From the IMG/VR virus record IMGVR_UViG_3300027826_000008: a stretch of 20,000 nucleotides of DNA. One strand, given 5' to 3'. Of this stretch, positions 17,165 through 20,000 are shown one piece after another. Position 1 is the first letter of the stretch. Each line of letters begins with the position of its first letter. This DNA is from an uncultured virus (IMG/VR IMGVR_UViG_3300027826_000008) (taxonomy: Duplodnaviria; Heunggongvirae; Uroviricota; Caudoviricetes). The notes below the pieces were generated by a model that saw only the letters and a program-made list of their open reading frames with translations, had not been told where the DNA came from and ran no database searches. The position numbers and the translations under genes are program-made.

Positions 17165-17615
17165 GGCAGTGGCACTCTGGATCATTCACATCGCGAACGC
17201 TGAGGTTGCGTCCGTGAGCGCCCAGAGCAGGAATCGGGCCATGCGTTCCTCCTGCATGGCGAAAGCCGGAAGTCTCGCGAGTCATCTGCATACTGCCGCG
17301 AACGTTGTTCCAGCCGCGCTTCGTGTTGAATGCGATCGCGTAGGTGCCAATGACCCAACGGGCGTTGTGATCGCCTTCGTCCAGGCCAACGTGGCGCCGC
17401 GCATCGCGAAGCTCCATGTGGAGATGCCCGCCCATCTTGTCGCTTGCCGATAGGCCAGCTTTGACACGTAGCCGGTTGAGACACGAGCACTCAGGGACAA
17501 CGCCCTTGTGCTCGAAGAGACGGGCTTGGAGTTCGGTGAGTACGCAAACCTTCATTTTTTTGGGGAACAGTTCAGGGCTGGATTCGACGGTAGGGTACGG
17601 TCGGCCAACTATCAC
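17154..17615 (-). CDS. Hypothetical Cys/His-containing protein (~153 aa; start uncertain)
   Basis: Open frame downstream of the structured leader. I chose the GTG at 17613-17615; the RBS is weak. Confidence 0.5.
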   Translation of the reverse strand: MIVGRPYPTVESSPELFPKKMKVCVLTELQARLFEHKGVVPECSCLNRLRVKAGLSASDKMGGHLHMELRDARRHVGLDEGDHNARWVIGTYAIAFNTKRGWNNVRGSMQMTRETSGFRHAGGTHGPIPALGAHGRNLSVRDVNDPECHCHEL

Positions 17616-17636
17616 GCGCCGCCGCTCGCGACTTCT

Positions 17637-17780
17637 ACGCCGTCTGGGCTGCTGTCCCTGGCCACCGCCGACAAGCCAGTGAAGCACGGCGTCTACTCTG
17701 TTAGGTCTCCTGAAAAGTACTCGACAAGGAAAAGCGGCGACTCTCCGCTCAGCGCCGCCGCCCTCCCTTCTGTTCAGGAG
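17637..17780 (-). ncRNA. Structured 5' leader or cis-acting RNA with two stem-loop domains
   Basis: CTCCTGAA/TTCAGGAG outer stem (17707-17714 with 17773-17780) encloses a 16-bp stem AAGGGAGGGCGGCGGC/GTCGCCGCTTTTCCTT with four G-U pairs. A second domain is closed by ACGCCGT/ACGGCGT (17637-17643 with 17686-17692) and has an inner CTGGCT/GGCCAG stem. Confidence 0.5.
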
Positions 17781-17794
17781 TAACTGGTGGTCTA

Positions 17795-17823
17795 GTTCTA
17801 CCCTCTACCGTAGGATGTGTCAA
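17795..17823 (-). promoter_or_regulatory. Sigma70-like promoter for the leftward operon
   Basis: TTGACA (17818-17823), 17-nt spacer, TAGAAC (17795-17800) in an intergenic gap; the -10 is imperfect. Confidence 0.5.
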
Positions 17824-17855
17824 TAGGGGGATTGTGGAAAATCCGCGCGCGAGCC

Positions 17856-18101
17856 TTAGAAGTTACCTTTTGCGGCCTCGTCGATCCAAATGCGCGCTTC
17901 TGGCTCCTTCGGCAATTCAGTCGAAACGCCTGGCGCCGTTACCATCACGCCCGATTCGCACATCGTCGGGACGAAGTTCAGGTCGGATATTCTTTTGGCT
18001 ATGCCCGCACGATTTTCGCGGAGGCAGGCAATCAACACACGGCCGCCTTCCGCCGCTTTAGCGCAGGCCCGCTGACAGATCAGTTCGGTTTTCAATCTCA
18101 T
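17856..18101 (-). CDS. Hypothetical protein (81 aa)
   Basis: GGAGGG RBS before the ATG; ends ...RIWIDEAAKGNF. Confidence 0.55.
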   Translation of the reverse strand: MRLKTELICQRACAKAAEGGRVLIACLRENRAGIAKRISDLNFVPTMCESGVMVTAPGVSTELPKEPEARIWIDEAAKGNF

Positions 18102-18132
18102 GCAAGTCCCTCCGAGGCTGATGGTTGATCAG

Positions 18133-18157
18133 AAAAAAGGCCAGCCGAAGCTGGCCT
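18133..18157 (-). terminator. Intrinsic terminator
   Basis: GGCCAGC-TTCG-GCTGGCC-TTTTTT about 20 nt after the stop at 18176; C(UUCG)G tetraloop. Confidence 0.92.
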
Positions 18158-18175
18158 GTGAGTGCTGCCGTGCGG

Positions 18176-19687
18176 TTATGGGTTGTGAGTGCACACCCCC
18201 TGCCCGGTGTTGACGACGCTCGTTGTGATGTCGAATGGCACCGAACAAGTGTACGGCTGATGCGGATAGCTCGCATCGGGCGGGAAACAATCCGCCTGCC
18301 AGTCAATCGTTTGCAAGCCCGGCTCGTCGAGCCACGTCGTCGGTGCATTCACGCCGGCATTCAAATCCGGTGGCGTGGTGGGCACCGTGCAATAGTTCGC
18401 AACGTCGTACTGGGTTGCAGGGATTGTCCCCGTGGGCAAGCCGTTGGACGTGATGACGCGGGTGTACGCCGTATGCGTCGGACCCGCAGTGACATCGCCA
18501 CCGTCGTTGAATAGCGTCCCCGTCTCCGAGCAATCCCCATTGTCGTCCATGTAGGGATCGCAGTTGTCGGTATCCCCATAGAAACAGGCGAAGGGATCCG
18601 TCAGCGTCGCACTGGCCGACATATTCACGTACGTCAAGGGCGATACGGTCTGCTGCGTGACCGGCGACAGCACGCCGTTCCAACCGGATTGCACCTTGAT
18701 CGTGTGCGTGATCCCGTTGCAGCCGCCTGGGCAGCTGGTAGCGTTGCCTGTCACCGTCCGAACATGCAGGATGCCCTGCTCGGAGAACGAGTAGATCGTA
18801 TTGCCGCCCACCGCCGTGCCCACAGCGTAGATGCGCGTCGCACCGCCGAAGGTCAGCGAGGTGTAGCCGTAGCCGCTGTTGATGTGGTCCCAACTCGTTC
18901 CATTCCACCGATAAACCGTCTTGTCGGTGCCGAGCACGTAGAGATTCAGACCGCCACCAGTGTTCCCGGTGATCTGACTCGCGACGTTCAACGTTCCGAG
19001 TTGCGAGACCGTGCCGTTGACGTACTTCCAGACGGTATGGTCCGGCTTCACCCAAGCGAAGGCTTTGCTGCTTGGGCTGAGCGATACCACGCTGATCGCC
19101 GATCCGGCGCCTCCAATCTCCGTCCATGAGTTCGGAGAGTAAGAGACCCACAGATCCTGCGCCGCATCGATCGCAGTGAGTTCGTATCCACTGAGCGACG
19201 CCGAGATGCCCGTGGCACACGAGCCGGTCGCGGTCCACGTGCTTCCCGTTCGCTTGTAGAGCATCAGGTTGCCGCCGACGCACGGGGAGCCAGCCATGAG
19301 CGCATAGAGATCGCCCGCATTGTCGTATTGCAGCGCGACGATGCCGCATCCCCAGGCACTTTGCTGGGTCCACGTGTTTAGCTCGATGCCGTTGTAGGTG
19401 TAAGCGCATCCGGTATAGGTCAGGGCTTGCAGCGCGCCTCCGGTCCAGAAGACGTGAGTCGCGTTGATGCCAGCCATGTGGCTCACATCCCAACAGTTGT
19501 TCTGACCGACAACGCAGTTTCCGATGTCGCTCACGAAGCTGAAGGTGGAGCTTCGAGTGTAGGTGTTCATTTGGGCCATGGTCAGCAAGCCCGAGAGGGA
19601 CAGAAGGAGATACAGCTTCAACGACATACACGCCGCCTTTCGAAACGACCGGTGCCAGCGTTGTACACTTCTGGAAGCCATTAACAT
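18176..19687 (-). CDS. Exported Cys-rich protein with tectonin-like beta-propeller (503 aa; alternative start 19627)
   Basis: AAGGAG RBS before the ATG at 19685-19687. Basic n-region, then LYLLLSLSGLLTMA|Q. Repeated blades such as LYKRTGSTWT, VWKYVNGTVSQL and LYVLGTDKTVYRWNGTSWDHI. Confidence 0.7.
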   Translation of the reverse strand: MLMASRSVQRWHRSFRKAACMSLKLYLLLSLSGLLTMAQMNTYTRSSTFSFVSDIGNCVVGQNNCWDVSHMAGINATHVFWTGGALQALTYTGCAYTYNGIELNTWTQQSAWGCGIVALQYDNAGDLYALMAGSPCVGGNLMLYKRTGSTWTATGSCATGISASLSGYELTAIDAAQDLWVSYSPNSWTEIGGAGSAISVVSLSPSSKAFAWVKPDHTVWKYVNGTVSQLGTLNVASQITGNTGGGLNLYVLGTDKTVYRWNGTSWDHINSGYGYTSLTFGGATRIYAVGTAVGGNTIYSFSEQGILHVRTVTGNATSCPGGCNGITHTIKVQSGWNGVLSPVTQQTVSPLTYVNMSASATLTDPFACFYGDTDNCDPYMDDNGDCSETGTLFNDGGDVTAGPTHTAYTRVITSNGLPTGTIPATQYDVANYCTVPTTPPDLNAGVNAPTTWLDEPGLQTIDWQADCFPPDASYPHQPYTCSVPFDITTSVVNTGQGVCTHNP

Positions 19688-19774
19688 GAGAGTTCTCCTT
19701 AGAACGGTTGACTGCATGTTGGTGGTTAGGTGAGGCCGGAAGTTCGCGCTTTCGGCTTCACCGATTGGGTTGAG

Positions 19775-19872
19775 TTACTGGGTACTCGACGTTCGGGATT
19801 GGCGCCAGAGATGCAGCGCCGCGAAGCTCATCGTGGCGAGGATCGCCGAAAGCAGATCCCACACGATTAATT
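19775..19872 (-). pseudogene. Possible 3' remnant of a small membrane-protein gene cut by the IS
   Basis: The frame LIVWDLLSAILATMSFAALHLWRQSRTSSTQ* begins at the presumed IS junction, with no RBS for its in-frame GTG. Confidence 0.35.
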
Positions 19873-19886
19873 GGGTAAATATATAC

Positions 19887-19915
19887 TTGACACACGCGAA
19901 CAAAGAGCGTACAGT
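19887..19915 (+). promoter_or_regulatory. Sigma70-like promoter giving a probably leaderless transposase mRNA
   Basis: TTGACA (19887-19892), 17-nt spacer, TACAGT (19910-19915). The ATG starts 7 nt downstream and there is no SD sequence. Confidence 0.7.
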
Positions 19916-19921
19916 TTTCTC

Positions 19922-20000
19922 ATGAACGCGCCACGAACTCTACAAGAAGCGATCATTTACTTCTCCGATCCAGAGCGCTGTTTCGACTACGCCGTGAAAC
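19922..20000 (+). CDS. IS1595-family transposase, N-terminal fragment
   Basis: MNAPRTLQEAIIYFSDPERCFDYAVK resembles the 'TL.e...yFsD.e.C..y...lRWp.G..CP.CG' start of IS1595 transposases; only 26 codons are visible. Confidence 0.65.
   Translation, partial: MNAPRTLQEAIIYFSDPERCFDYAVK

Larger units (their letters stand above)
19873..20000 (+). mobile_element. Left end of an IS1595-family insertion sequence (partial)
   Basis: Abrupt AT-rich GGGTAAATATATAC next to the AT-rich GATTAATT, followed by a promoter and a transposase-like N-terminus. The exact end is uncertain by 1-2 nt. Confidence 0.6.

Noticed and set aside
17615..17790. tRNA gene in the structured intergenic region
   Set aside because: I found no cloverleaf, T-loop GTTCRA or CCA end by eye.
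18303..19631. 442-aa alternative-frame ORF overlapping the propeller gene
   Set aside because: The Arg/His-rich translation is typical of an off-frame read of GC3-biased codons; the other frame has the RBS, signal peptide and repeats.

Overview
This window is a GC-rich segment of a tailed dsDNA phage or prophage. The protein style (ASH/choice-of-anchor D and FN3 domains, 'AQ' signal peptides) suggests an Acidobacteriota-like host, but that is inference. Almost all genes are on the minus strand, tightly packed or translationally coupled. In transcription order (right to left) the window contains: (1) the left end of an IS1595-family element on the plus strand, apparently interrupting a small gene; (2) a secreted tectonin-like propeller gene with its own terminator; (3) a sigma70-like promoter and a highly structured ~170-nt leader; (4) small genes including a Tat-signal protein and a cold-shock protein; (5) two large tail-fibre/tailspike-like adhesins; (6) an HTH/zinc-finger protein; (7) a dispersed lysis region with two membrane proteins, a papain-like peptidase, a lipoprotein and an M15 endolysin; (8) further exported proteins, including a third tailspike-like adhesin, plus small basic proteins (one DUF6496-like); and (9) a >823-aa P22-like portal with a zinc-ribbon insertion that runs off the left edge and is missing from the ORF track. 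The most striking observation is that nine genes, including the three tail-fibre/tailspike-like ones, encode export signals, and all eight non-lipoprotein signals predict a mature N-terminal Gln. Family assignments come from motif recognition by eye; no searches were run.
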